In this document: positions 24,946 to 39,353 of the stretch, piece after piece | Layout of the letters: each line of letters begins with the position of its first letter | Numbering within the stretch: the first letter of the stretch is position 1 | Assembly: GCF_006345805.1 (NCBI RefSeq) | Contig: NC_043018.1 | Location: 15,190,001 to 15,254,000, forward strand | Direction of reading: 5' to 3' | Source: Octopus sinensis | Taxonomy: Eukaryota | Length of the DNA stretch: 64,000 nucleotides | The notes under the pieces: generated by a model | Databases searched by the model: none | Seen by the model: the letters and a program-made list of their open reading frames with translations, nothing else | What the model was told of the DNA's origin: nothing | Program-made: the position numbers and the translations under genes

Positions 24946-25807
24946 GTATGCGCGCACGCACACACACGTGCACACGCCTACGCACGCGCATACAAATATT
25001 TTCAACCAGCTGACACTCGCAAGCAGGCCTAAGGCAATCTCTAACATTCGATTCAGCTACGCGTCAAGAATGTAACGATTGCAGGGAGAGAGAATCGAAC
25101 TGGTAACCAGCTGGTCCCCACCTCTTACATCAATGAGCATTGTGCCCGTCTGTCTGTCTGTCTGTTCGTCTCCTTGTCTGTTCCCCCTTCACGGCCGCCA
25201 GACGGTTGGACCAATGGCTACGATATTTTTCGGGATCACAAAGGTGGTCGTCAGGAAGGTTTTTTGGCATTAAATATATATATATAAAGTTAATCCAAAC
25301 AAGAAAACACAAAAATAAACACATCAACGCGAGGACGTGGAACAAATATAGTATTATTGGACGCTCAGGAAAGAAGGGATATATATATATATATAAAGGG
25401 TAAGCAACAGGTTGCTCAGCAACATACCGAAAAATTAGAAATAGCAGTCAAAGACCGCTTCTTTCTATTTTCTACAAATATAATTCCGTAACTAGCCGAA
25501 GACTTTGTTTTCGTTATTAAACACTAAACACCATATTATGCAGAGCTGAATTTGACCTATCGATAAGGGACTGAGAGAGCAGGCGTTCGCATACTAGCAT
25601 TGGCAAGGGGTGAGGCATGTCACCAACACATTTAATATTCGTAGTAACATATTTTACTGTGATTAATTTTCTGTCAGGCGTAGACACAGGCAGACATTGG
25701 CAACGATAAATTAAATACGTTCACTATTTTTCGAGCCAACCTGCCAAAGATAAGATGCGTAACCCCAGAACGTTGAGTCGAGAAATTTTTCTAGACTATA
25801 TCACAAC

Positions 25808-26127
25808 GTGGAGGCGCAATGGCCCAGTGGTTAGGGCAGCGGACTCGCGGTCGGAGAATCGCGGTTTCGATTCCCAGACCAGGCGTTGTGTGTGTTTATT
25901 GAGCGAAAACACCTAAAGTTCCACGAGGCTCCGGCAGGGGTTGGTGGCGACCCCTGTTGTACTCTTTCGCCCCAACTTTCTCTCACTCTCTCTTCCTGTT
26001 TCTTGGGTAACTCTGCGATGGACTGGCGTACCGTCGAGCTGGGGGGAACACATACGCCACAGAAACCGAGAAACCAGGCCCATGAGCCTGGCTAGGCTTG
26101 AAAAAGGCACATAAAATAAAATAAAAA
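25808..26127 (+). mobile_element. SINE-C head and body with an F-type tail; 10-bp TSD
   Basis: tRNA-Arg-like head; tail similar to 60762-60850; TSD atatcacaac at 25798-25807 and 26128-26137. Confidence 0.8.
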
Positions 26128-27538
26128 ATATCACAACATCGGCTCATAAGACAACGCCTCACATTTATCTTGCTATGAGATCCGAACCGGTTTGAACTTG
26201 AATTCATTCTCTCACTTCAAACGACTCTACTCATCAAGTGTGTTCTGGTGAATTTAATACACGCCTTTTGTCCTCAAATAAATAGGGTTTTGAGAGCGAT
26301 ATGAGTATTTAATCTGTTTCGCTTGACCCGTCTGAGAGCACTTTGTCATCGTTATTCTGAATCAACTGTCCATATCTTGACTGTCATTGATGATGACAAG
26401 CACTCATTTGACGGTAACCCTCTGAATCTCCGTATATGACTGTTTTCTCTTTAAGATGTTTTCATGGTTTGCCACTTCTAGGTAAGTCATGGGAGCAGTC
26501 ATTATTTTTCTTAATAAGCTCCACGCTGGAATGTAGAATCCATCTAGCAGACAGTCACCTGATATAGCTGAACAATGTGCGGTGAAGGGATAAAACCAGA
26601 CACTTTCTCATCTATAGTGCCACAACTAGCAAAAAATGCTTTAGAAACACCAAGAATAACAGATTTTGAGACCTTAATTTATGCTTCAAAGTTTATCAAT
26701 TTGTCCAAGTTTATCTTACCTTGTGGAGCATCCGATACATAAGCCTGTCCTCCGTCAACCAGCGAAGCAAAGTGTATGTATGGTCATGTTCGATACTAGT
26801 AATAGCAAGCAAATCATACTTTAATATGTTCAGGAAGGAAGTCCGTATTGCTGCCGTGTAGCCTTAGATACCTAATATCTTAAAAGGAACGGCAGGACCA
26901 GGACTGAAACAGTTTTGGTGAAATGACTGTTTTATCAAATTGACCTGGAACTAAATGATAACAATGATCCGGGTAAATTTTTCCCTTGATTCTTCCGGGT
27001 CAACATAAAAAATCGGCAGTTCCGGTTGATGAACAAGTGGAATTACCTGGTCATCGTACAGGATGGTTTGTAATGCACTAAAAAGAATTTAAGTTTAGAC
27101 TCTGCCATATTCTTGTTAGGTGATAGGCATAAGCCGTCGTTTGATCTCAAATGACCACTTGGTCTTTGTGTGCTTTTGGCAGAGGCCACTCTCTCCTTGA
27201 GCACCTCTGGTGGCTCTCTGTTATAAGCATATGAGCCAAGTTCCCAGCTGAAGGGTGCCTTCCTCTTTTCTTCCCACCAAACTTGGAGGCCCTCAGAAGG
27301 GTCATGAACTGCATCCTTACTCGTAACAAAGGTATTGATGAAATATCATGTAAAGCAGCTATGAACGAAGAGAACGACCAGAGAAAATCATTCCTCGTTG
27401 CATGGAAACCGGTGGGTTCTGCTTACGTCTAGCCGACATTCTACAATGGATTTCTTTCATAGTTTTTTATATTATAAACAGCCTATTATAAACTTCCATT
27501 GGCTAAAGATTTTTAACTGTCTATATTACATGTACCGA

Positions 27539-28145
27539 AGGCGGTGAGCTGGCAGAATGGTTAGCACGCCGGGCAAAATGCTTAGCGGTACTTCGTCTGC
27601 CGCTACGCTCTGAGTTCAAATTCCGCCGAGGTCGACTTTGCCTTTCATCCTTTCGGGGTCGAGAAATAAAGTACCAGTTACGCACTGGGGTCGATATAAT
27701 CGACTTAATCCGTTTGTCTGTCCTTGTTTGTCCTCTCTGTGTTTAGCTCCTGGTGGGTAATAAAGAAATAGAAATAGGTATTTCGTCTGCCGTTACGTTC
27801 TGAGTTCAAATTCCGCCGAAGTCGACTTTGCCTTTCCTCCTTTAGGGGTCGATAAATTAAGTCCCAGTTACGCACTGGGGTCAATTGCACCGACTTAATC
27901 CGTTTGTCTGTCCTTGTTTATCCTCTCTATGTTTAGCCCCTTGTGGGCAGTAAAGAAATAAAAAAGAAATAAGACTGGTTAGCAGGCTTGGCAAAATGTT
28001 TAACGGCATTTCGTTCGTCTTTGCGTTCTTTGCTCGAATTCCGCCAAGGTGAACTTTGCCTTTCATCCTCTCGAGGATGTACTGGGCCGATGTAATCGAC
28101 TTATGCTCTTACCCCGAAATTGCTGGCCTGGGGCCAAAATTTGAA
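27539..28145 (+). mobile_element. Tandem SINE-B array: one full copy plus two partial or diverged monomers
   Basis: Head ggcggtgagctggcagaatggttagc; block gtcgactttgcctttcatcc (or a close variant) appears three times. Confidence 0.8.
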
Positions 28146-28317
28146 TCACAGATTACATGTACCAGACTCTAACCTGTACTGAACAAATAAAGTCTATCAA
28201 AAGGGATTCCAACAATTATTGTCAACCAGTTTTACTCCCCAAAAGCTAGTTTGAACCCAGAACTTCTTGATTCCGAAGTAAACTATTAAGCCTCATCAAC
28301 AGTCATAAGTACATACC

Positions 28318-28536
28318 TTACTCTTTTACTCTTTTTCTTGTTTCAGTCATTTGACTGCGGCCAGGCTGGAGCACCGCCTTTAGTCGAGCAACTCGACCCC
28401 GGGACTTATTCTTTTTGTAAGCCCAGTACTTATTCTATCGGTCTCTTTTTGCCGAGCCGCTAAGTGACGGGGACGTAAACACAACAGCATCGGTTGTCAA
28501 GCAATGCTAGGGGGACAAACACAGACACACAAACAT

Positions 28537-28581
<45 letters not shown>

Positions 28582-28742
28582 CGACAGGCTTCTTTCAGTT
28601 TCCGTCTACCAAATCCACTCACAAGGCATTGGTCGGCCCGAGGCTATAGCAGAAGACACTTGCCCAAGATGCCACGCAGTGGGACTGAACACGGAACCAT
28701 GTGGTTGGTAAACAAGCTACTTACCACACAGCCACTCCTGCG
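28318..28742 (-). mobile_element. SINE family A, full length
   Basis: All diagnostic blocks present. Confidence 0.9.
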
Positions 28743-28789
28743 TTCTTCTTTCGGACACAAATATATTCTCTCACACGTACTCTCACATA

Positions 28790-28797
28790 CGCGCGCG

Positions 28798-28846
<49 letters not shown>

Positions 28847-29041
28847 ATACACACGCACACACACACACATACACACACATACACACGCACACACACAACA
28901 TACACATACACACATACACACGCACACACATACACACGCACACACACACACACATACACACATACACACACACACAATACACGCACACACACCACACACA
29001 TACACACGCACACACACACATACACACACACACACACACAC

Positions 29042-29084
<43 letters not shown>

Positions 29085-29148
29085 AGACTGTCATGCAGAA
29101 AAACGTAAAATAAAGATGACTTAACTTGATGCAACAATCCCTCTCGCC

Positions 29149-29180
<32 letters not shown>

Positions 29181-29469
29181 CCATCTATCTGTCTATCTCT
29201 CTATCTTTGTCTCTTCTCTCTCTCTCTCTCTCCTCTCTCTCCATCTATCTGTCTATCTTTCTCTCTCTCTCTCTCTCTCTCCATCTATCTGTCTATCTCT
29301 CTATCTTTGTCTCTCTTCTCTCTCTCTCTCTCTCTCTCCATCTATTTGTCTATCTATCTATCTTTGTCTCTTCTCTCTGTCTCTCTGTCTCTCTCTCTCT
29401 CCATCTATCTATCTATCTATCTATCTATCTTTGTCTCTTCTCTCTGTCTCTCTGTCTCTCTCTCTCTCC

Positions 29470-29515
<46 letters not shown>

Positions 29516-29954
29516 ATCTATCTATCTATCTATCTTTGTCTCTTCTCTCTCTCTCTCCATCTATCTGTCTATCTCTCTATCTTTGTCTCTTCTCTCTCTC
29601 TCTCTCTCTCTCCATCTATTGTCTATCTCTTCTATTGTCTCTTTTTCTCTCTTCTCTCTCTCTCTCTATCTCATCTATCTGTCTATCTCTCTATTTGTCT
29701 CTTGTCTTATTTCTCTCTCTCTCTCTCTTCTCTCATCTATCTGTATATATCTATTTTGTCTTTCTCTCTCTCTCTCTCTCTCCATCTATCTGTCTATCTA
29801 TCTATCTTTGTCTCTTCTCTCTCTCTCCTCTCTCCATCTATCTGTCTATCTCTCTATCTTTGTCTCTTCTTTCTCTCTCTCTCTCTCTCTCTCCATCTAT
29901 CTGTCTATCTATCTATCTTTGTCTCTTCTCTCTCTCTCTCTCTCCACCTATCTG

Positions 29955-30027
<73 letters not shown>

Positions 30028-30055
30028 GTCTCTTCTCTCTCTCTCTCTCTCTCAC
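28790..30055. repeat. (CA)n tract followed by a ~900-bp compound (TC)n/(TCTA)n satellite with a higher-order unit
   Basis: Recurring ccatctatctgtctatct...ctttgtctcttctctc. Confidence 0.9.
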
Positions 30056-30734
30056 TCTCTCTTCGTTCACTCAATTACACGCTCTCTCACTCATTCACTG
30101 ACTCATCTTTCCGCCGCCGCCGCCAACTTACTCACTGCCACAGCTCAGAGCACTTTGTCGAGATGAGTGTAAAAATAGTTCACTAATAAAACGAAAGCGT
30201 GACAGAGAAATTGCTGTTTGTTTTCGCATGGCGAATGACGAATAAAAAAAGAAACAGAAATATAAAGAGAAAATTAAAACATAAATATATTTATTAATGG
30301 TTTAAAAAGTGAATAACTTTTCTAAGGATCCGATGATAGGAAAATAAAATAAAAATAAAATTAGTGGAACAGACCATTTGAAGTTATACCAAAGCACTTT
30401 CATCATTTAATCGGGGTTATTTCCGCTCTTGTTTTCCCTCGTTATATTACAAAAATATTTCGTTTCCATCCCGTAAGACACGTATCTACGTGTGAAGATC
30501 TGATCTGATTCCAGGCAACACTTTCTCAAATCCCCCTTGACAGAATAAAAAAGAAAATTGAACAATCGAAGGGAGTTTTATACCCTGGTCATTCTTTATT
30601 ATCAGATTGATTATTGAAATAAAATTCTACTCTTGAAGTTCGTTGGCTTTAAAACTATATTTGACACGACCTGCGGAAGATTATGACTGCAATGGTTGTA
30701 GGCCTCTCAGAAAACAAAATTAGAAAAAAAACGG

Positions 30735-31042
30735 GCCGACCAATGCCTTGTGAGTGGATTTGGTAGACGGAAACTGAAAGAAGCCTGTCGTATATATGTA
30801 TATATATATATATGTGTGTGTGTCTGTGTGCCTGTGTTTGTTCCCCTAGCATTGCTTGACAACCGATGCTGGTGTGTTTACGTCCCCGTCACTTAGCGGT
30901 TCGGCAAAAAGAGACCGATAGAATAAGTACTGGGCTTACAAAGAATAAGTCCCGGGGTCGATTTGCTCGACTAAGGGCGGTGCTCCAGCATGGCCGCAGT
31001 CAACTGACTGAAACAAGTAAAAGAGTAAAAGAGTAAAAGAGT
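30735..31042 (+). mobile_element. 5'-truncated SINE-A
   Basis: ggccgaccaatgccttgtgagtgg...(aaaagagt)n. Confidence 0.85.
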
Positions 31043-31079
31043 ATAGCAATGCAATGGCTGGTCAGTTGAAAAGTTGTTC

Positions 31080-31230
31080 TGAAGTAAGCCTGGACCTGAG
31101 ACAAAGTAGCATGTTCGCTGCCACCCTTTTTTAGCATCTTCATGGAATTTCTCGCGAGGAAACTCAAAACTTTACATAAAAGCTCGATACGCACTGACGT
31201 CTTCTGCATAGATATTTGATATATTGATAA
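31080..31230 (+). pseudogene. Small LINE RT fragment (RTE-like)
   Basis: LRQSSMFAATLFSIFMEF...DI*YID resembles the RQG..L.PTLF and YADD motifs. Confidence 0.4.
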
Positions 31231-31789
31231 AAAAATCTAAAATTTGCCTTTCTCTTCATGAAAATAAGTGAAATATGTGGTCGAAAAAGCGTACAATGAA
31301 AGAATGTGTACAATGAAAATAAGTAAATAGGCCAATGAAAAGATAAGAAAGGATGTAGCGCTTCAGGCACATCTCTTTATTAAAAACAAGTAAAACAAAT
31401 AAGATTTGTTGAGAAAAAAAAAAGAATTAGACGTCTGTTTACATTGCCGGTTTAGCGCAGAAAGGAATTTGATGGGTAGGATAGTGGAACCAGAAGTGGT
31501 ACACACTTTTGGAAATAGCTATGGAAGAGCATCTCTTCAGCCAGAAGAGTAAATGGAAGAGCAAAACAGTGAGAACAGGCGCGGTAGAATAAGTTGGGAG
31601 AGATAGAAAAAGCGAAAAGCAGAGGGCGAAGGAAAGAACCAACGAAGGAGAGAAAGTGAGAAGAGGAGTGGGCAGCTCAAACTATTGGTCAATGTAGTAA
31701 ATTGTAGTTAAATTGTCAGTTATGCATTTGAAATTTATATTCAGCCATCATTTTTCAATATGATACATCCAAGTAAGAATGTATGTATG

Positions 31790-31823
<34 letters not shown>

Positions 31824-32019
31824 TGTATGTATGTATGTGTGTTTGTATGTATGTATGTATGTATGTATGTATGTATGTATGTATGTATGTGTAAGTATGT
31901 ATGTATGTTTGTATATATGTATATATATACACATATATACACACGTACATACACATAGACACGTGCGCATACATATACACACAAGTAAACACACACACAA
32001 ATACACACACACAAACACA

Positions 32020-32109
<90 letters not shown>

Positions 32110-32269
32110 CACACACCAGTAACTGTGCTTGTGCATACATGTGGTGTGCTAGTCCTGTTTATACTGCTTTAAAGCTTACAAAATTTTTCCGACGCTACTT
32201 GTGGGAGGAATTGCTGTTGATGGTGTAAAATAAAAACCCCTACTTGTATATCATCCCCTAAAGGCTTTC

Positions 32270-32800
32270 AAGCTGAATCTACCCGTGACATTTCAACGAT
32301 CCAAGAATGAGGTACCATGTCATATGCCTTCTTAAAGTCAATTCAAGCCATAGACAAGTTTGTATAATGTTTTTTTTTACAATACCTCAAAACTGTTTTA
32401 TCGATGACCAGGTGATCCTTGGTACCCTGAGAACCCTTCCTACATCCTTTCTGTTCCCTTGGTAGTATTTCTTCCTGTGCCAGGAAAGCATATGCCTTTG
32501 CCGCACATATTCCAGTGAGTATCTTCCAGAGTGTGTCTAGGCATGCTATGGGACGGTAGTTTCCCACAATATTCCCCTTTCTGCTATCTTTCATTAAAAG
32601 TGTTGTCTTCCCAGTCACCATCCACGCGGGGACTGTACCATTCTGGACACACTCATTCAATTGGCCTACTAGTATTTCATGCACCGCGTGGCATCTCTTC
32701 AGCCAGAAGCCATGAATCCCATCTGGTCCGGGGGATTTCCGGTTAGACACTTTACCCACTTGTTCTTTCAAATCACCATACTTATGACAATATTCCTTTG
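32270..32800 (-). pseudogene. R4/Dong-type LINE RT N-terminal fragment
   Basis: KSPGPDGIHGFWLK, NYRPIACL, EQKGCRKGSQGTKDHLVIDK, then (shifted frame) IDFKKAYDMVPHSW. Confidence 0.85.
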
Positions 32801-32931
32801 TTTCTTTCCCTCCTTGTAATTCTGTCTTGATAGTTCCAATCCACATAGAATCCCTTTTATACACCACAGTGTTTCTCCATAATCAATTTCAATTTCTCTT
32901 TTCCTCGTAGTAGTAGTCGTTATTATTATTA

Positions 32932-32980
<49 letters not shown>

Positions 32981-33176
32981 GAGTGAGAGAGCAGTGCATG
33001 CCATCAAAATGACACTGGGGTAAAATATACGAAGCCCAATATACCCATCATGACAACCCGTCTGATAAAGGTACACCAGGCACATGCATCACAACCATAT
33101 GTGCGCGACATGGTGATCTCATATCAAGATAAATAGCGCATGACCTTGCAAGTGGGGCCCAGTTAGAATTTTCTTC
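32981..33176 (-). mobile_element. Element D, 5'-truncated copy in (TAA)n
   Basis: Reverse complement of the last ~195 bp of 43768-44324. Confidence 0.85.
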
Positions 33177-33278
33177 TTCTTCTTCTTATTATTATTATCA
33201 TTATTATTATTATTATTATTTTCATTATTATTATTATTATTATTATTATCATTATTATTATTATTATCATTATCATCA

Positions 33279-33336
<58 letters not shown>

Positions 33337-33569
33337 CTCTGTGAAGCATGTTTTATGCCAGTTTCACTATACTTTGGAATTGCGAGTTGCTCCATTTTGT
33401 AATCTTAGATTAATACCGCATGAACGGGATCAAACTAACTTAGATTAGGATTATCTCCGCTAATTTTGTGAACATAGATACATACATACGTAGTTAGGTA
33501 GGTACGTACGTGCGTACGTGCGTACGTATGTATGTACGGATGTATGTATGTATGTATGTATGTATGTAT

Positions 33570-33985
33570 ACTCTTACTCTTTTACTCTTTTACTTGTTTC
33601 AGTCATTTGACTGCAGCCATGCTGGAGCACCGCCTTTAATCGAGCAACTCGACCCCGGGACTTATTCTTTTTGTAAGCCCAGTACTTATTCTATCGGTCT
33701 CTTGTGCCGAACCGCTAAGTAACGGGGACATAAACACACCAGCATCGGTTGTCAAGCAATGCTAGGGGGACAAACACAGACACACACGCATACACACATA
33801 TATATATATATATATATATATGACAGGCTTCTTTCAGTTTCCGTCTACCAAATCCACTCTCAAGGCATTGGTCGGCCCGGGGCTATAGCAGAAGACACTT
33901 GCCCAAGATGCCACGCAGTGGGACTGAACCCGGAACCATGTGGCTGGTTAGCAAGCTACTTACCACACAGCCACTCCTGCGCCTA
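33570..33985 (-). mobile_element. SINE family A, full length
   Basis: All diagnostic blocks present. Confidence 0.9.
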
Positions 33986-34249
33986 TGTATGTTTGTATGT
34001 ACGGATTTATGTATGTATGTATGTATGTATGTGAGATAATAGTTTCACTTTAATAATTTCAGTATTAATAGTGAAACTGTTAAAGTGAAAGTATGTGACG
34101 TCATAATAGAAGGGTGTCGTCCTTTCCCTTTTGACACGTAACTCTGAAATAGTGGAAGGCACAAGAGATTACTCTGGGCTCGCATTAGGCAAGAAGTCGA
34201 AATTTGCATGCATGTATGTTTGTATTCTTTTTCTTTCTTTCTTTTTATT

Positions 34250-34652
34250 TTCTTTACTTGTTTCAGTCATTTGACTGCGGTCATGCTGGAGCACCGCCGT
34301 TAGTCGAGCAAATCGACCCCGGGACTTATTCTTTGTAAGCCCAGTACTTAATCTATCGGTCTCTTTTTTGCCGAACCGCTGAGTGACGGGGACGTAAACA
34401 CACCAGTATCGGTTGTCAAGCAATGCTAGGGGGACAAACACAGACACACACACACATACATACATATACATATATACATACATATATACGACAGGCTTCC
34501 TTCAGTTTCCGTCTACCAAATCCACTCACAAGGCATTGGTCGACCCGGGGCTATAGCAGAAGACACTTGCCCAAGATGCCACGCAGTGGGACTGAACCCA
34601 GAACCGTGTGGTTGGTAAGCAAGCTACTTACCACACAGCCACTCCTGCGCCT
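34250..34652 (-). mobile_element. SINE family A, full length
   Basis: All diagnostic blocks present. Confidence 0.9.
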
Positions 34653-34729
34653 ATATGTATGTATTTCATATATATCAAGCCTAATCATGTTTATTTGTTA
34701 ATTTGCAACCTTTCTCCATATGAGCTCAC

Positions 34730-34771
34730 CTGGTTTCCGCTTCTAGCCATGTTTACCCAACGGACTTCGTC
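34730..34771 (-). CDS. Weak candidate 42-nt phase-0 micro-exon
   Basis: Acceptor ctcctaaatctttataaag and donor CAG|GTGAGC; the only open frame is DEVRWVNMARSGNQ. Confidence 0.15.
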
Positions 34772-36019
34772 CTTTATAAAGATTTAGGAGTTCAAATCAT
34801 TTGAGCACTATGTGTTTTCTACATTGAACATAACTGGATCTCATTTGTTGAGTCTATGTATATATATATAATCATGAATGTGTATGTGTGTGTATATACC
34901 TACATACATACGTGTGTGTGTTTGTGCTTGTATGTGTGTATTTGTGTGTACTTTGTGTGCGTGTGTGTGTATATGTGTGTGTGTGTGTATGTGTGTGTGT
35001 GCGTGTGTTCATAATGTGGAAAAATAAGTGAAGTGAAGAAAGTCTCATTTATATACAGTTATAAGAATTCTGGAATATCTTAAGGAAGCAATAATATACT
35101 GCTTATTTTTAGTGTTGTCGTCCAGTGCTGGAATGTCAATCTTTGTCTTTGAGGGACCACATTCTTTTATAGTTGGTTGACATCTGGCTTGCCACTGTGA
35201 CGCCATCGAAATTTTGTTCTGTACCAAAGTTTTAAATGAAAGAATTTTATCGTGTGCGATTTTGCGTCCAGTGAAATATTTCCATGCGTGACTGCATATT
35301 CATACACATACACTCTCCTCTCGCGTACATGCACATAGATGCATATATATATATATATATAGATACATACCCTTACACAAACTCACCCACACACATGTAC
35401 GCGCATAAATAATATAGATATGCGTTTACAATTAATTATAGAGAAGTAAAAATAGAAAGAAATAGGTGAGAGAAAAATGAAAATGGCTCATCGTTTTCTT
35501 GAATTTATATAAAAGAAAGAGAAAAAAAAAAACAGAGAAGATATAAAAATTAAGGGAAAAACTGTTCTAGCTTAACTAACTTCTCTACTAAATTGGTGTC
35601 CTGGCGTGGGAATATTTCATGATGAATTATTCACTAAAATAAAAAAAAAACAAAGAGAACTCTACACGCAGCACTGAGCATCCTCGGTTGAACTCACGCG
35701 TGGAAATATTTTCACCACATTTCCAAGATGGCGACTTGTCTTCTTCGACTTTATAGTGTTCTGCGCACTTGGATATACACATTCTCCCGCCAGCTGCCAT
35801 TTGATACAGATTGCAACTCTCTTCCACTATGGTTTATTCTTTCTTGTTTAACCGACAAGAACATTAAAAACAATTACATTTATGTACATTTTGCATGCTT
35901 TCTTCTTTTCGGTTCATTGTGTAAGCATTATTTTTGCTCTTGCGTCCATTCTGTGACCTTCTGACGCTGTGAGACGCTCTGTTCTACGAAACAGTAAAAG
36001 TAAACAGCAATGGCTGGTT

Positions 36020-38800
36020 GCATTAGCTCTGAACTAGGGTTGGTTGTTGAGAATACTTTCATCATAAGTTGAAGCATAAAGCTACCTAGATTCATCCAAG
36101 ATCAAAGCGAGGTCATATGATTGACTTTGTATTAACTCGGAAAGCTGACTTACAAGATTTGTGCCGTCTCAGGGCATTGGGAGGTGCTAACTGTGATACT
36201 GATCACAAAATGGTTATGGTTAAGTTCAGGTTCCGGATTCTCAAGAAGATTCTTAGTGCAGGTGTACGGATTTCAAAGAGGATTGATGTAAAGCAGCTGA
36301 AGCTACCACAAGTTTTGCATTTATTTCAGGAGAGATTCAGCAGTGTTCATTTTGACGGTTTATGGGAATACTTTCGGGATGAAATATATAAGATAAGATC
36401 AGAGGGGTCAGGTTTTCAAAGGAGACAACACCGAGACTCTTCGATTGCAATGATATTGTAACAAACGAACTCCTAGCAACAAAGAGATCCACTCGTGAAC
36501 CGCTTCTAGACCCAAACGTAAAGAGCAAGTGCAACTAGAAAAGTTGTACAAGTCTCAGAAAGCAGACTTGCAAAAATGAACTCAGGAGGCTTAAAGATAT
36601 TTGGTGGAGAAATTTGATTGAGAAAGTATAGACAACTTATGACAAGAAAGATATTAAAAGTTTTTATAGTTTATTGCGGAAAGCTTTCGGACTCCAGTCT
36701 TTATCATGTGTTCCCTTGAAGTCAAAAGATGGAAATGAAGTTATTAAAGATCCTCCTGGAAAAATGAATGGATGGAGAGAACACTTTGCAGATCTTTTTG
36801 ATGACCCTTCTGTTGTAAACATAGTTTTCATAAATAACATATTGCAAAAAGATAAAGTGCCAAATTGGGATCAGGTAAAGCTCTTGGATTGGACGGTGTT
36901 CCAGTCAAAATTCTGAAAGAAGGTGAGGACCACATTTCATCTGAAACTCATAGCCTGATAACTCTTGTTTGGAATGAATTTTTGGTGCCACAGGAATGGA
37001 TAAATGGCATTATAATCTCTATATACAAGGGTAAATCAGTGTATGGTAATTCTAGAGGAATGACTCTCCTGACACATACCGGGAAGATACATTCAAGGAT
37101 CATGTTAGATCGTCTCTTTGAAAATGAATGTCCACATGTGATTCCCGAGAAACAGTGTGGTTTCAGATCTGAGCGAAAAACAATAGATATATTTTCTGCG
37201 AGGCAGGTTCATGAGAAATACTTAGAGGAACAAATGCCACTATACCAGGTCTTCATACATTTAACTAAGGCATTTGACACGGTAAATAGGGAAGCGCTGT
37301 GAATCGTTTTATTTAAACTTGGCTGTCCGACACATTTTTTTTACACATCTTTAAGGAACTACATAGAAATATGAAAGCTCAGGTAGTCTTTAATGGTGAG
37401 CTACCTCAGGACATTTCGGTGGACAATGGTGTCAAATAGGGAGATATTCCTGCCCCAACATTTTTCTCTATTTTGCTGTATTACTTTGGAGTGCCTTCAA
37501 TGATTGCAATAGGGGAACTAGAATCAGATCTCGAACATCCAGTCGCATTTTATATTTTACCTGGTTTACCTGCAAAGCAAAGAGTTTCAAAACAATTGGC
37601 AGATAATTGCTTTATGCAGATGATGCTGATTAGTTAGTACACTCCGAGGAGGGCATGTAACATATAATGGACAAATTTTCCACTACGTATGTACATTTTG
37701 GACTCACAATTAGTCTTGGTAAAACCAAAGTAGAGTAATGTTTATCCACGCGCCAGAACAAATATATTCTGAACCAAACATCTTTGTGAATGGCACCAGG
37801 TTAGAAGTCAACGACACTTTTGTTTACCTTAGAAGCTCACTGTTAAGAGATATTAAGTCTCAATGCAGAGATATACTATCGAATAAGGATGGGAAGTCTT
37901 GTATTTGGAAAGCTGGAAGGGCGAGTATGGGGTGGTAGAGGTATTTCTTGGCAGACAAAATTCAGTGTCTACAAAACATGTGTATTGACTGTACTTCTTA
38001 TTCGAGTGAGACATGGACCACTGACAGGCGTCATATGAAAATGCTGGAGAGGTTTCACCAAAAGTGCCTCAGACATATTTTAGGAGACAAGTGGGAATGT
38101 TTCATAAAAGAAACAGGTTTTGCGCATGACACGTTGTAGCTCAATTGAACAACATGTTATTTTGGCTCAAATGAAATGGGCTGGACATGTTATTAGAATG
38201 AAAAACGAGCGATTGCCAAGGCGTCTTTTTTTATGATAAGCTCAACTCTGGTAAGCGACCACAACACAAGCTAAGGAAAAGGTATAAAGACTGTGTGAAG
38301 GAAAACCTGAGGGAATTAGATATGAATAAAAGTGATTGGGAAAAGTGATGCTCTGGATCGGAATAAATGGGAAGGTGCTGTTAGGATCGGTTACAACACG
38401 CAGGAGGAAAAGTTGATTCAGCACTCTGGGGTTAAAAGGGCCTGTCGGAAATGAACAATTGGAACGGAAATCAACAGTAAACATTGGATCTATTTCATAT
38501 GTGATCGTGTTCTGTTGTCAATAACCGGATACGCGAATCATATATAGTTAGATGAAAATCGAAGTGCCCAGGTAAGATATAATCTTGAACACCCACCGCC
38601 ACCCACGACTTGTGCCATATGTTACAAAACCTGTAAGGCAATATCTGGACTTAAAAGACATATACTAGTTCACTAAAATATTCATTCAGAATCAATTTGA
38701 AAAGGGCAAAGGCGTGGAAGAAATTCAAATATCTGTCACTTGTATTTTAAACCCTGTCAGTCAGCAGCTGGTCTTATAAATCACCTGAGAGCTTATCAAC
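36020..38800 (+). pseudogene. Decayed RTE-clade LINE: APE end, RT and C-terminal zinc-finger-like region
   Basis: HPRSKRGHMIDFV, CDTDHKMV, GKALGLDGVP, EKQCGFR, HLTKAFDTVNREAL, LLYADDA, ETWTTDRRHMKMLERFHQKCLRHIL, CAICYKTC...GLKRH; many stops and frameshifts. Confidence 0.9.
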
Positions 38801-38879
38801 GGAAGGATTCTACTGTGTGATGGGGTGTGGTGTGTGTGTTGATGGGACGGCTATCATCTGTCAAAATTAAGCAGTCATC

Positions 38880-39321
38880 ATGTATGTATGCATGTATGTA
38901 TGTATGTATGTGTGTGTGTATGTATGTATGTATGTATGTATGTATGTATGTGTGTATGTGTGTATGTATGTATGTATGTATGTATGTGTGTATGTATGTG
39001 TGTATGTATGTGTGTATGTATGTGTGTATGTATGTATGTATGTATGTATGTGTGTATGTGTGTATGTGTGTATGTATGTATGTATGTATGTGTGTATGTA
39101 TGTATGTATGTATGTATGTATGTGTGTAGTATGTATGTATGTATGTATGTATGTATGTATGTATGTATGTGTGTATGTGTGTATGTATGTATGTATGTAT
39201 GTATGTATGTGTGTATGTATGTATGTATGTATGTATGTGTGTATGTATGTATGTATGTATGTATGTGTGTATGTATGTATGTATGTATGTGTGTATGTAT
39301 GTATGTATGTGTGTATGTGTG

Positions 39322-39353
<32 letters not shown>

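Noticed and set aside
35955-36000. Hammerhead-like ctgacgc...gaaac upstream of the RTE
   Set aside because: Stems I and II do not pair convincingly and the core is incomplete
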